Source of the DNA: a virus
Taxonomy: Duplodnaviria; Caudoviricetes
IMG/VR virus record: IMGVR_UViG_3300020472_000025
Coordinates: 1-59,308 of that record
Length of the DNA: 59,308 nt
Direction: 5' to 3' (one strand)
Shown: positions 9,145-18,956 of the stretch, piece by piece
How the letters are laid out: each line of letters begins with the position of its first letter
Numbering within the stretch: the stretch's first letter is position 1
The notes under the pieces: model-generated
Database searches by the model: none
Seen by the model: the letters and a program-made list of their open reading frames with translations, nothing else
Told to the model about the DNA's origin: nothing
Position numbers and translations under genes: made by a program

Positions 9145-10817
9145 TGGCGGTTAAGGAAGACGTTTATCTAGGTAACCCGAACCTCAAGAAGGCTAACGTT
9201 GCCACAAACTTCACACCTAAACAGGTGCAGGAGTTTATAAAGTGCAGCCAAGATCCTGTATATTTTATCAAAACATATATTAGAATCGTTTCACTAGATA
9301 AAGGTCTTATACCATTTGATCTGTATGATTTCCAAGAGGATATGGTACAGAAGTTTCATGATGATAGATTTAATATAGCAAAGTTACCACGACAGTCTGG
9401 TAAGTCAACTGTTGTTACCTCGTATCTGTTGTGGTATGTGTTGTTTAATGATAACGTTAACGTAGCAATCCTTGCTAACAAGGCAGCAACTGCTAGGGAG
9501 ATGCTTGGGAGGTTACAACTTTCCTATGAAAACTTACCTAAGTGGATGCAACAAGGTATTGTAGGGTGGAACAAAGGAAGTTTGGAGTTAGAGAACGGAT
9601 CTAAAATCCTTGCTGCTTCTACTTCTGCTAGTGCTGTTCGAGGTATGTCATTTAACGTTATATTCTTAGACGAATTTGCGTTCATTCCGAATCATATTGC
9701 TGATCAGTTCTTTAGTTCTGTTTATCCTACTATATCTTCTGGTAAATCTACTAAGGTTATAATCATATCTACCCCTCACGGGATGAATATGTTCTACAAA
9801 CTCTGGCATGATGCTGAGAGAGGTAAGAACGAATACACTACAACAGAAGTTCATTGGTCTCAGGTTCCTGGCAGAGATGCTGTATGGAAAGAACAGACCA
9901 TTGCCAACACGTCTGAAGAACAGTTCCGAGTTGAGTTCGAATGCGAATTCCTAGGATCTGTTGATACATTGATCTCAGCATCTAAACTGAGGACACTGAC
10001 ATATGAAGACCCACTCACTTCTAATAAAGGACTCGATGTTTATATACAACCAGAGCCTGATCATCAGTATACTATATGTGTTGACGTAGCAAGAGGTATA
10101 ACTAAGGATTATTCTGCATTTGTAGTTGTAGATACTAGTACTATTCCATATGTGGTAGTAGCAAAGTATAGAAATAATACAGTTAAACCATTACTCTTCC
10201 CTAATATAATAGAGGAAGTTGCTAAAGCATACAATCATGCTTATACATTAATTGAGGTCAATGATATTGGTGGACAGGTTGCTGACATCTTACAGTTTGA
10301 TCTTGAGTATGATAATCTTCTCATGTCTGCTATGAGAGGTAGAGCAGGTCAAGTTATAGGACAAGGATTCTCTGGTACTAAGGTGCAGTTGGGAGTTAAG
10401 ATGTCCACTACAGTTAAGAAGACTGGATGTTCTAACCTTAAACAGTTGTTAGAAGATGATAAATTATTATTACATGACTATGACATTATATCAGAACTTA
10501 CGACGTTCATTCAGAAGGGACAGGCATGGGAAGCAGAGGAAGGTTGTAATGATGACCTTGCTATGTGTCTCGTTATTTTCAGCTGGTTGGCTACTTCCGA
10601 TTATTTTAAAGAGCTCCACGACTCTGATGTAAGAGCAAGGATGTACAAAGAACAGAGGGAAGGTATCGAACAAGATATGGCACCATTTGGATTTGTAGAT
10701 GATGGTCTTGGAAATGAGACTGAGGTTATTGATGGTGAACTCTGGCAAACAGAGAATGATGGTGGTAAAATGGATGAATATGGAAACCGTTCTTATATGT
10801 GGGAATACTTATCATGA
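9144..10817 (+). CDS. gp17: Terminase large subunit gp17
   Basis: YLGNPNLK, PRQSGKST Walker A, FLDEFAF Walker B, DVARG and DDLAM nuclease motifs. Confidence 0.98.
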   Translation: MAVKEDVYLGNPNLKKANVATNFTPKQVQEFIKCSQDPVYFIKTYIRIVSLDKGLIPFDLYDFQEDMVQKFHDDRFNIAKLPRQSGKSTVVTSYLLWYVLFNDNVNVAILANKAATAREMLGRLQLSYENLPKWMQQGIVGWNKGSLELENGSKILAASTSASAVRGMSFNVIFLDEFAFIPNHIADQFFSSVYPTISSGKSTKVIIISTPHGMNMFYKLWHDAERGKNEYTTTEVHWSQVPGRDAVWKEQTIANTSEEQFRVEFECEFLGSVDTLISASKLRTLTYEDPLTSNKGLDVYIQPEPDHQYTICVDVARGITKDYSAFVVVDTSTIPYVVVAKYRNNTVKPLLFPNIIEEVAKAYNHAYTLIEVNDIGGQVADILQFDLEYDNLLMSAMRGRAGQVIGQGFSGTKVQLGVKMSTTVKKTGCSNLKQLLEDDKLLLHDYDIISELTTFIQKGQAWEAEEGCNDDLAMCLVIFSWLATSDYFKELHDSDVRARMYKEQREGIEQDMAPFGFVDDGLGNETEVIDGELWQTENDGGKMDEYGNRSYMWEYLS

Positions 10818-11404
10818 CAAACAATCAGACTAATTCGTGGGGAATGGCAGCAGAATTATTAGAGGATGCTAAATCTCCTTTTTTACGTGGTATAAAGAAA
10901 ACTACATTGGTAGACTACGTACGAAAGTATGCACACAAGACAGGAGATTTTACCTTATCGTCAGGACTATCCACTAGACACTATATTAATATGAAACCTA
11001 TCATCCTGACAGGTACAGGATTGGGTTTGATATCTGAGATGATATTAGAACTAATAGATACACACTGTGTAGCAGGACTCACCTTAGGTGCTGACCCTCT
11101 AGTCAGTGGTGTTGCTATGAAGGGTGGTATTGCTGGTTTAATTATACGTAAGGAACCTAAGGGTCATGGTACTCAGTCCCAGATAGAAGGACCATTACCA
11201 CCATTAGGTACCAAGATAACAGTATTAGAAGATGTATCCACAACTGGCGAGTCTGCACTGAAAGCAGTAAAGGTGTTACGTGATAACGATTTTGTTGTAG
11301 ATACTGTTGTTAGTGTAGTAGATAGAGAAGGTGGTGCAAAACAATTAATGGAAGATAATGGAATAACTCTTAAGAGTTTATGTTACTTGAGTGAATTTGT
11401 ATGA
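10814..11404 (+). CDS. pyrE: Orotate phosphoribosyltransferase
   Basis: GDFTLSSG, GLTLGADP, IRKEPKGHG, VLEDVSTTGES PRPP-binding motif. Confidence 0.93.
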   Translation: MTNNQTNSWGMAAELLEDAKSPFLRGIKKTTLVDYVRKYAHKTGDFTLSSGLSTRHYINMKPIILTGTGLGLISEMILELIDTHCVAGLTLGADPLVSGVAMKGGIAGLIIRKEPKGHGTQSQIEGPLPPLGTKITVLEDVSTTGESALKAVKVLRDNDFVVDTVVSVVDREGGAKQLMEDNGITLKSLCYLSEFV

Positions 11405-11643
11405 AGGAAGCATTTCAGAATATAGGAGAACAATTAGAATTAGAACATCTTCTACTAGTTGATAGAAGGTGTAGAACTTGTGGTCAAACTAAGAACCTAC
11501 TGGCAGATTTTTACATGACACATAAGGACAGAGGACCGTTTCCTTCTGCTTATGCATATGAGTGTAAAGTTTGCACAGTGAAGAGAGTTATACGGTCTAG
11601 AAATAGAGACACAGCAGCACCAGAACTGTACCCTGACTGGTAG
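11401..11643 (+). CDS. Small Zn-ribbon protein between gp17 and gp18
   Basis: CRTCG...YECKVC, C-terminal YPDW. Confidence 0.7.
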   Translation: MKEAFQNIGEQLELEHLLLVDRRCRTCGQTKNLLADFYMTHKDRGPFPSAYAYECKVCTVKRVIRSRNRDTAAPELYPDW

Positions 11644-11679
11644 TTCACGCTGGGCTTCCCCCGTGGAAAGTATGCTATC

Positions 11680-11687
11680 TATAAATA
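11680..11687 (+). promoter_or_regulatory. Late promoter TATAAATA for gp18
   Basis: Exact T4 late consensus upstream of AGGAG and ATG 11728. Confidence 0.85.
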
Positions 11688-11727
11688 ATCATAGCATCCC
11701 AGTAATTGACTTCAGGAGTATAACCAG

Positions 11728-14502
11728 ATGGCATCCACGCAAGTTTCACCAGGTGTTGTTGTCCTAGAAAGGGACCTAACGAATACCATTAACGCAACCA
11801 TAGATAACGTTGCTGCAATCGTAGGTGCTTTCGAGAAAGGACCAGTAGAAGAAGTAGTCACTGTCTCCAGTGAGCGAGAACTTCTAGACATCTTTGGCAA
11901 ACCAAACGACTATAACTACGAGTATTGGTTCAGTGTAGCTCAGTTCCTCCTTTATGGTGGTTCTGTTAAGGTAGTTCGTGCAGATAGCACAGCACTTAAG
12001 AACTCTATCGACGCTGTAACTTTTACAGATACAACTTTCAGTGCAACAGATACCACTCTTACGGTAACATCTGCCACTGATTTCGACGTTAATGATTATC
12101 TGAAGATCGATGCTGAGATTATAAAGGTTACTGCTATATCTGGTTTAGATATAACTGTTCTTCGTGGTCAACTGTCTACTGCTGCTGTATCACACAGTGC
12201 TTCCACTCAGATCACTTTGATCGAAGAAGCAGGTACACAGAGTACGATCAATGAGGGTGCTACCTTTAACGATTCAGACGTAACTCTGACTGTAACTTCT
12301 GCTGCATCACTTGGTGTACAGAACAACAGTTACATCATTGTTGACTCTGAAATTCTCCAAGTTACTAGTATCTCTACCAACGACCTCACAGTTACTCGTG
12401 GTGTTCTTGGTACAACTGCTGCTGCACATACTGACGGTACTACTGTTAAGTTGCTCACAGTTACTACTAACAAGACAACTATTAATGAGCAAACCTCATC
12501 AGGTTTGACTCCTCCATTGATCAAGAACCTTACTCAATACGAATCAAACGTTGAGACAGGTGCTAACCAGTGGAAATGGGCAGGACGTTCACCAGGAATT
12601 TACGGTAACTCCTTACGTGTTGTAATGACTGACGCAGGTCCTGATCAGGTTCTTAACCTTGCTGGTCCTACATCTGGTGCTGAGTGGGAATTCACTTCTG
12701 GACTTGATGTTAATGTCAGTGCTACTAACACATACTCACAAGTCTTTAACTATTCACTAGTCGTTACTTTAACCGCAGGTTCTAGTTTGATTGGTGAGTT
12801 CGAAGCAGATAACTTTATCACTGCAAACTCTGGTAACGTTACTGGACGTGTTGTTGCTTATGATAAGAACCTGCGTAAGATCGAATTAATTATTGATGAC
12901 ACCTCTGCTGATTACTTAGAAGTTGGTGACACAATTACAGAACTAGCAAACAGTGCTGGATCTCCTGGATCTGCAACTGGTGACCAAGCAGAAGTCTCTA
13001 ACATTGTACGTCGCTTAGAAGTTGCACACAATGAGGGTTCGACTGACTTTGTTGTTAACCAGTCTATTGGTGATGACAATGCTGCTTCAGTACAAATCAC
13101 TTCAGTTGAGGAAGAGTACGTAACTCGTTACTACGGTCCTAACCAGAAGTGGGGAAGCGTTGCTGGTCGTCCTGGAACTTCCGAATATGCTAAACAGCGT
13201 GGTGGATACAATGACCTCATGCACGTACTTGTGCTTGATGGTGACGGTGGAATCACTGGTGTTCCTGGATCTGTTCTAGAAAAATTCCTTGATGTTTCTA
13301 AGGCAAGAGATGCTAAGTCTCCTCAAGGTGCTAACATCTATTATAAGGATGTTATTAAGCTCAACTCTAACTATCTCTTCTGGGGTTCACACGAAGCAGC
13401 AACTGTCTTCGATGTTAATACAGGCGCAACTGGAGACATAGGTGGAGAAGCAGCTAACAGAAAGTTTGACTTACTTAAGAATAACTATGCTATCTTAAGT
13501 TCGGATGACCCTTCAGGTGCTAACCCACAGGCAATTCCACTTCTTTATACTAAGAACTCTGCTACCCTGAAGTATAGCCTCAGAGGTGGTGTAGATGGTT
13601 ACACCGTAGCAAGAGACAAGTTGTTTGACTCATACGATTTATTCAGTGACCCTGAAACAGAGGAAGTAGATTACATCCTCCAAGGTCCATCGATGAGCAA
13701 CTTCACTGACAGTGTTGCAAAAGCACAGAAGATGCTAGACATCGCTGCTATCCGTAAGGATTGCATGGCATTTGTTTCACCTCCTCGTGACCGTGTTATC
13801 GGAGTCCCTTCGACAAATGAAATTGTTGATCGTGTCATTGAGTTCTTTAAAGTTCTATCCAGTACATCTTATGGTGTATTTGATAACAACTACAAGTATG
13901 TTTACGATAAGTACAGCGACAAGTATCGCTACCTCCCATGTAACCCTGATGTTGCTGGATTGACACTGAGTTGTGCTCTAAACCAAGAGCCTTGGTTCTC
14001 TCCTGCTGGATTTGCAAGAGGTCAGGTAAGAAATGCTATTAAATTAGCATATTCTCCACTTAAGGATCACAGAGACAGACTATATTCTGCTCGTGTGAAC
14101 CCAATCGTAGCATTCCCTGGGCAAGGTAATGTACTCTTCGGAGATAAGACTGCCCTCGGACTCGCTAGTGCATTCGATAGAATCAACGTTCGTCGTTTGT
14201 TCCTAGTTATTGAGAAAGCAATTGCGACTGCTGCTAAGTCACAACTCTTCGAACTCAACGACGAGTTTACTCGTACTGGGTTTAAGAATATCGTAGATCC
14301 ATATCTACGTGGTGTTCAGGCACGTCGTGGTGTTGTAGATTATCTTGTTGTTTGTGATAGCAGCAACAACCCGCCTGATGCAATTGATCGTGGTGAATTT
14401 TTCGCAGAGATATTTGTGAAGCCTACAAGGTCTATCAACTTCATAACTCTGCAGTTCACAGCTACTAGAACTGGTGCGTCGTTCGCCGAAATAGTTGGCT
14501 AA
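11728..14502 (+). CDS. gp18: Tail sheath protein gp18 (enlarged by inserted domains)
   Basis: SPGVVVLERDLT, WFSPAGFARG, FDRINVRRLF, KPTRSINFI. Confidence 0.98.
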   Translation: MASTQVSPGVVVLERDLTNTINATIDNVAAIVGAFEKGPVEEVVTVSSERELLDIFGKPNDYNYEYWFSVAQFLLYGGSVKVVRADSTALKNSIDAVTFTDTTFSATDTTLTVTSATDFDVNDYLKIDAEIIKVTAISGLDITVLRGQLSTAAVSHSASTQITLIEEAGTQSTINEGATFNDSDVTLTVTSAASLGVQNNSYIIVDSEILQVTSISTNDLTVTRGVLGTTAAAHTDGTTVKLLTVTTNKTTINEQTSSGLTPPLIKNLTQYESNVETGANQWKWAGRSPGIYGNSLRVVMTDAGPDQVLNLAGPTSGAEWEFTSGLDVNVSATNTYSQVFNYSLVVTLTAGSSLIGEFEADNFITANSGNVTGRVVAYDKNLRKIELIIDDTSADYLEVGDTITELANSAGSPGSATGDQAEVSNIVRRLEVAHNEGSTDFVVNQSIGDDNAASVQITSVEEEYVTRYYGPNQKWGSVAGRPGTSEYAKQRGGYNDLMHVLVLDGDGGITGVPGSVLEKFLDVSKARDAKSPQGANIYYKDVIKLNSNYLFWGSHEAATVFDVNTGATGDIGGEAANRKFDLLKNNYAILSSDDPSGANPQAIPLLYTKNSATLKYSLRGGVDGYTVARDKLFDSYDLFSDPETEEVDYILQGPSMSNFTDSVAKAQKMLDIAAIRKDCMAFVSPPRDRVIGVPSTNEIVDRVIEFFKVLSSTSYGVFDNNYKYVYDKYSDKYRYLPCNPDVAGLTLSCALNQEPWFSPAGFARGQVRNAIKLAYSPLKDHRDRLYSARVNPIVAFPGQGNVLFGDKTALGLASAFDRINVRRLFLVIEKAIATAAKSQLFELNDEFTRTGFKNIVDPYLRGVQARRGVVDYLVVCDSSNNPPDAIDRGEFFAEIFVKPTRSINFITLQFTATRTGASFAEIVG

Positions 14503-14550
14503 TCTAATTCTATGATTCCCGTTTCACGTATTAATTAAGGAGTATTTTAA

Positions 14551-15243
14551 ATGGCAGACATTAACCAATCGACCACTGTCCCTAAGGGACAGGTGGATGG
14601 AAAGATTATAAGATCGTCAATTGATGATTTTAGAAGTCATATCCAAGAACTAGCCCGCCCCAATATTTTTGAGGTGGAGATTGAGTTCCCCACCCTTATA
14701 GAAGGTGCTACAGATGCCAGCGCAAACAATCGTAACGATGCTAAAGCCGTTGCTGCTGGAGAACCACAAATAGAGAACGCAAAAGCGAAGGAGATTTCTA
14801 GTTTCCTTGTTAAAGCAGCAAATTTACCTGCTTCTAACATAGGTGTTATCGAAGTTCCTTTCAGAGGTCGTGTTTTAAAAATTTCTGGAGACAGAACATA
14901 CGAACCATGGCAGGTTACTGTACTCAATGATGAGGCATTCCGTCTACGTCGTAAGTTCGAAGCTTGGTCACGTGCAATCCAACAATTGCAGACTAACCTA
15001 TCCAGTGCTAGTAACATCCTGTCCTATCAGTCAACTGCTAGAGTCCTACAGCAAAATCGTCAAGGTAAGTTTGCTGCTGGTTACAGATTCCAAGGAATTT
15101 GGCCATCAACAGTTTCCGCTATCGACCTTGCATGGGATACTAATGATACTCCTGAGGAGTACACAGTTGAGTTCCAAGTACAATACTGGGAGCCATGTGA
15201 TGACACAGATACCCCAGGTGCTAAGTCTCGTCTGGATACATAG
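14551..15243 (+). CDS. gp19: Tail tube protein gp19
   Basis: ARPNIFEV, VPFRGRVLKISGDRTYEPW, EEYTVEFQVQYW. Confidence 0.96.
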   Translation: MADINQSTTVPKGQVDGKIIRSSIDDFRSHIQELARPNIFEVEIEFPTLIEGATDASANNRNDAKAVAAGEPQIENAKAKEISSFLVKAANLPASNIGVIEVPFRGRVLKISGDRTYEPWQVTVLNDEAFRLRRKFEAWSRAIQQLQTNLSSASNILSYQSTARVLQQNRQGKFAAGYRFQGIWPSTVSAIDLAWDTNDTPEEYTVEFQVQYWEPCDDTDTPGAKSRLDT

Positions 15244-15257
15244 TTTTAAAACTATCA

Positions 15258-15263
15258 TAAATA
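15258..15263 (+). promoter_or_regulatory. Late promoter (TAAATA) for gp20
   Basis: cataaataa in the gp19-gp20 gap. Confidence 0.75.
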
Positions 15264-15294
15264 ACTTTGATAGGACAAAACTGAAACGGGAATA

Positions 15295-16908
15295 ATGTCT
15301 CAATTATTTGGTTATTCATTAGACAGGAAGAAGGGGAAGGTTAACGCCCCTTCTTTCGTGCGTAAAGAATCTGACGATGCAGCGTCACCAATTGCTGCTG
15401 GTGGATACTTTGGGCAGTATGTTGAGATGGGTGACGCTGCTAATAAAGCAAGCGAGGCAGATTTAGTTGGTAGATATCGTGAAATGTCTCTGCACCCAGA
15501 GGCAGACTCTGCAATTAATGATGTAGTTAACGAAGCGATAGCAGGAGATCTCAACGATCACCCTGTAGATATAGACCTTCAGAACATGAAGGTATCTCAA
15601 ACACTTAAGAATAGAATAAGAGAAGAGTTTGAGAACGTATTAATTCTTTTAGACTTCGATAAGAAGGCATATGATATCTTTCGTAGATGGTACATCGACG
15701 GAAGACTTTTTTATCATAAGATGATTAACGTTGACAATCCCTCTGAAGGTATTACAGAACTGAGGTATATTGATCCACGTAAGATCAAGAAGGTTATAGA
15801 ATTTGATAAGCCGAAAGATCGGCAAGTGCAAATAACTGACCCTGAAGTGTCAACGTTGATCCCTAAGTCGGTAGAATATTACATTTATTCACCAAAAGGA
15901 CTAAAAGGGTATGAGAATAATGGAATAAGAATAGCACCTGATGCTGTTACATATGCTCACTCAGGGCAATTGGACATGCAGAGGAACTATGTTCTCTCTC
16001 ATTTGCACAAAGCGATTAAGGCAATTAATCAACTTAGGATGATTGAGGATAGTCTGGTAATCTATAGACTATCAAGAGCACCTGAGCGTAGAATATTTTA
16101 CATCGATGTAGGTAACTTACCTAAGCAGAAGGCGGAACAATACCTCCGTGAGGTCATGTCTCGCTATAGGAATAAGTTAGTATATAATGCTGACACTGGT
16201 GAGATTCGTGATGACAAGAAGTTCATGTCCATGTTGGAAGACTTCTGGTTACCACGTAGAGAAGGTGGTAGAGGTACTGAAATCACTACACTTCCAGGTG
16301 GTCAGAACTTAGGTGAGTTGGAAGACGTTAAATATTTCCAGAAGAAATTATATCGTTCACTGAATGTACCTGAGTCCCGTTTGGAATCAGAGAGTTCATT
16401 TAACGTTGGTAGATCTGCGGAGATTACAAGAGACGAAGTTAAGTTCCAGAAGTTCATTGTTAGACTTCGTAAGAAGTTTACTGATCTTTTTGATGACCTA
16501 CTCAAAACTCAATTAGTACTTAAGGGTGTACTTAGTTTAGAAGAGTGGGATGATCTGAAGGAACACATCCAATACAACTTCATTGCTGACAACTACTTCT
16601 CTGAGATGAAAGAGAAGGAAGTAATGAATGAGAGGATGGCACTTCTCGCTCAAATGGATCCATTTGTAGGTAAATACTTCAGTTTGGAGTACTTACGTCG
16701 CTATATACTTAAGCAGACTGATGCTGAATTCGGTGATATCGATGAACAAATGGCATCAGAAGTCGAAGCGGGAATGGCAATACCTCCCGTAGAGATGCAG
16801 AAATTGGAGTTAGCCCAGATGGAACTGGCGGCAACACCGCCCGAACCTGAACCAGTAGAAGAGGAACCACAGATGGAACCTAAAGACTACAAAAAGGGAG
16901 AAATCTAA
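15295..16908 (+). CDS. gp20: Portal protein gp20
   Basis: RRWYIDGR, YRLSRAPERRIFYIDVGNLPK, EDFWLPRREGGRGTEI. Confidence 0.99.
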   Translation: MSQLFGYSLDRKKGKVNAPSFVRKESDDAASPIAAGGYFGQYVEMGDAANKASEADLVGRYREMSLHPEADSAINDVVNEAIAGDLNDHPVDIDLQNMKVSQTLKNRIREEFENVLILLDFDKKAYDIFRRWYIDGRLFYHKMINVDNPSEGITELRYIDPRKIKKVIEFDKPKDRQVQITDPEVSTLIPKSVEYYIYSPKGLKGYENNGIRIAPDAVTYAHSGQLDMQRNYVLSHLHKAIKAINQLRMIEDSLVIYRLSRAPERRIFYIDVGNLPKQKAEQYLREVMSRYRNKLVYNADTGEIRDDKKFMSMLEDFWLPRREGGRGTEITTLPGGQNLGELEDVKYFQKKLYRSLNVPESRLESESSFNVGRSAEITRDEVKFQKFIVRLRKKFTDLFDDLLKTQLVLKGVLSLEEWDDLKEHIQYNFIADNYFSEMKEKEVMNERMALLAQMDPFVGKYFSLEYLRRYILKQTDAEFGDIDEQMASEVEAGMAIPPVEMQKLELAQMELAATPPEPEPVEEEPQMEPKDYKKGEI

Positions 16909-16932
16909 ATAGTATTATACGAATTCTAAATC

Positions 16933-17184
16933 ATGCCATCAGAACCAGCACTTGACATCGTTAATTCCGTATTCGCAGGTCAAAAAGATCTGTCAGATTA
17001 CGTTGATAGTCGTATGAAAGAACTAGCCGTCGATAGTATAGAGACACTTAAGAAAGACATAGGTAATGCTATGTTCGCTCCTACTCCTGACGAGCCAGAA
17101 GCAGAAACTTCCACTGAGGAAGAACCTGAAACCGCCGTAGCAACTGCAGAACCAGAGGAAACATCAAATGAAACTGATCACTGA
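16933..17184 (+). CDS. Acidic prohead core protein (gp67 position)
   Basis: Small acidic ORF between gp20 and gp21; TAAATA at 16906. Confidence 0.65.
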   Translation: MPSEPALDIVNSVFAGQKDLSDYVDSRMKELAVDSIETLKKDIGNAMFAPTPDEPEAETSTEEEPETAVATAEPEETSNETDH

Positions 17185-17812
17185 AGAAATTCATGATACT
17201 AAAGTCATCACTGAAGGTAAAGGATCTAAAAGGAGAACCTTTATTGAGGGTGTGTTCTTGCAAGGAGCTATAAAGAATCGTAATGGACGTATGTATCCAC
17301 TGCAAACTCTTAATAAAGAGGTGCAGAAGTACAACGAAAATTACATTAAAAAAGGTCGTGCGATGGGAGAACTAGGACACCCTGATGGTCCTACTATCAA
17401 TCTAGACCGTGTGTCACACCTCATTACTTCTCTTAAGCAAGAGGGTAATAACTACGTAGGTAAGGCACGTATATTAGACACTCCTATGGGACGTGTCGCT
17501 AAAGAATTACTCGATGAAGGCATTAAGCTCGGCGTGTCTTCACGGGGTCTCGGTTCGATTAAAGAAGAGAACGGAGTAAAGGTAGTAATGGATGACTTCA
17601 TTCTTGCTACTGCTGCTGATATTGTTGCTGACCCATCTGCACCTGATGCTTTCGTAAATGGAATCATGGAAGGTAAGGAATGGATCTGGAATAATGGAGG
17701 CATATCTGAACAACGACTTGACTCAATTAAGTCAAGAATTGACTCAGCATCACGGACTCAAATTGCAGAAAGAAAGGTTTCCGCATTTAATGAGTTCTTG
17801 CAAAGTTTATAA
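17168..17812 (+). CDS. gp21: Prohead protease gp21
   Basis: MKLITEE, NRNGRMYP, GELGHP, GVSSRGLGS, DIVADPSAPDA. Confidence 0.97.
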   Translation: MKLITEEIHDTKVITEGKGSKRRTFIEGVFLQGAIKNRNGRMYPLQTLNKEVQKYNENYIKKGRAMGELGHPDGPTINLDRVSHLITSLKQEGNNYVGKARILDTPMGRVAKELLDEGIKLGVSSRGLGSIKEENGVKVVMDDFILATAADIVADPSAPDAFVNGIMEGKEWIWNNGGISEQRLDSIKSRIDSASRTQIAERKVSAFNEFLQSL

Positions 17813-17814
17813 GT

Positions 17815-17822
17815 TATAAATA
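17815..17822 (+). promoter_or_regulatory. Late promoter TATAAATA for gp22/gp23
   Basis: Exact consensus. Confidence 0.85.
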
Positions 17823-17861
17823 ATTAGAGCAAATCACCTGTTTATACGAGGAGACAACGAA

Positions 17862-18917
17862 ATGTCTGAAGCTATTGAGAACCTGGATGAAAACCAAGTG
17901 ACGGCGAACGCCAACGCTGGTGACAAAGCCCAGAAAAAACTAGAGAATGACGGTAGTCGTCTCGGCGGTGCACAAGATCTTGGTGGACCTACACCATTTA
18001 ACAGTAAACCCACTGATGATTCCAACAAGTATAAGACTGGTGGTGGACCAACCGCAGTACCCCCTAAGACAAAACCATCTGATGCATCTGCACAGAAGGC
18101 AGAGTTCTCTGGTAAGGGTGATGTAAAAGCAGGTCATGAACCTGAAGGAGAGGTGATTGCTGAAACCGAAGCTCCAGAAGAAGAAAATGTAGAAAAGATC
18201 GAGATCGATCTATCTGCTGACGTTGCTGCTCTAACAGAAGGAGAGGATCTCTCTGAAGAGTTTAAAGAGAAAGCAAAGACAATCTTCGAAGCAGCAGTTG
18301 TTTCCAAGATAAACGAAGAACTAGAGCGTATGCATACTGATTATGCTAAGGTTCTAGAAGAAGAAATCGAGACTGTTAAATCCGATCTTGCAGAGAAGGT
18401 TGACGAGACTCTTGCCTACCACGTATCGAAGTGGGTTAAGGACAATGAGATCGCAATTGAGCACGGAATTAAAACTGAAATGGCAGAGAGTGTCATGGCA
18501 GGTCTCAAACAAGTTTTTGTCGAGAATTTCATTGATCTTCCCGACGAGAAAGTTGACTTAGTTGATGAAATGACTGAGCAACTCGATACTATGGAGAAAA
18601 AACTCAACGAACAGATCGAAGAAAACGTTGGTCTCTCAAAAGAGGTCGGCGGCTATATTAAGAATGGGATTGTGAGCGAGCTGAGTGAGGGATTAAGTCT
18701 CTCTCAGAAAGAGAAACTGCAATCACTTGCAGAAGCTGTTGAGTTTGAGAATGAGGAGCAGTTTAGAGAGAAAGTTGCAACACTACGTGAGTCATACTTC
18801 TCTACCGCCCCAGCCACTAAAACTGTGACTGAGGATGTACAAGTAGAAGCACAAGCAAATGTAGGTTCAGCTATGGAAGGGTACGTAAGTGCTCTGTCTC
18901 GCTGGTCCAGTAAGTGA
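17862..18917 (+). CDS. gp22: Prohead core scaffold protein gp22
   Basis: LSEEFKEKAKTIFEAAV, acidic coiled coil, LRESYF; synteny. Confidence 0.95.
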   Translation: MSEAIENLDENQVTANANAGDKAQKKLENDGSRLGGAQDLGGPTPFNSKPTDDSNKYKTGGGPTAVPPKTKPSDASAQKAEFSGKGDVKAGHEPEGEVIAETEAPEEENVEKIEIDLSADVAALTEGEDLSEEFKEKAKTIFEAAVVSKINEELERMHTDYAKVLEEEIETVKSDLAEKVDETLAYHVSKWVKDNEIAIEHGIKTEMAESVMAGLKQVFVENFIDLPDEKVDLVDEMTEQLDTMEKKLNEQIEENVGLSKEVGGYIKNGIVSELSEGLSLSQKEKLQSLAEAVEFENEEQFREKVATLRESYFSTAPATKTVTEDVQVEAQANVGSAMEGYVSALSRWSSK

Positions 18918-18956
18918 TAATAGTAAACCTAATTTCCTAGAAAAAAATTTAACGCA

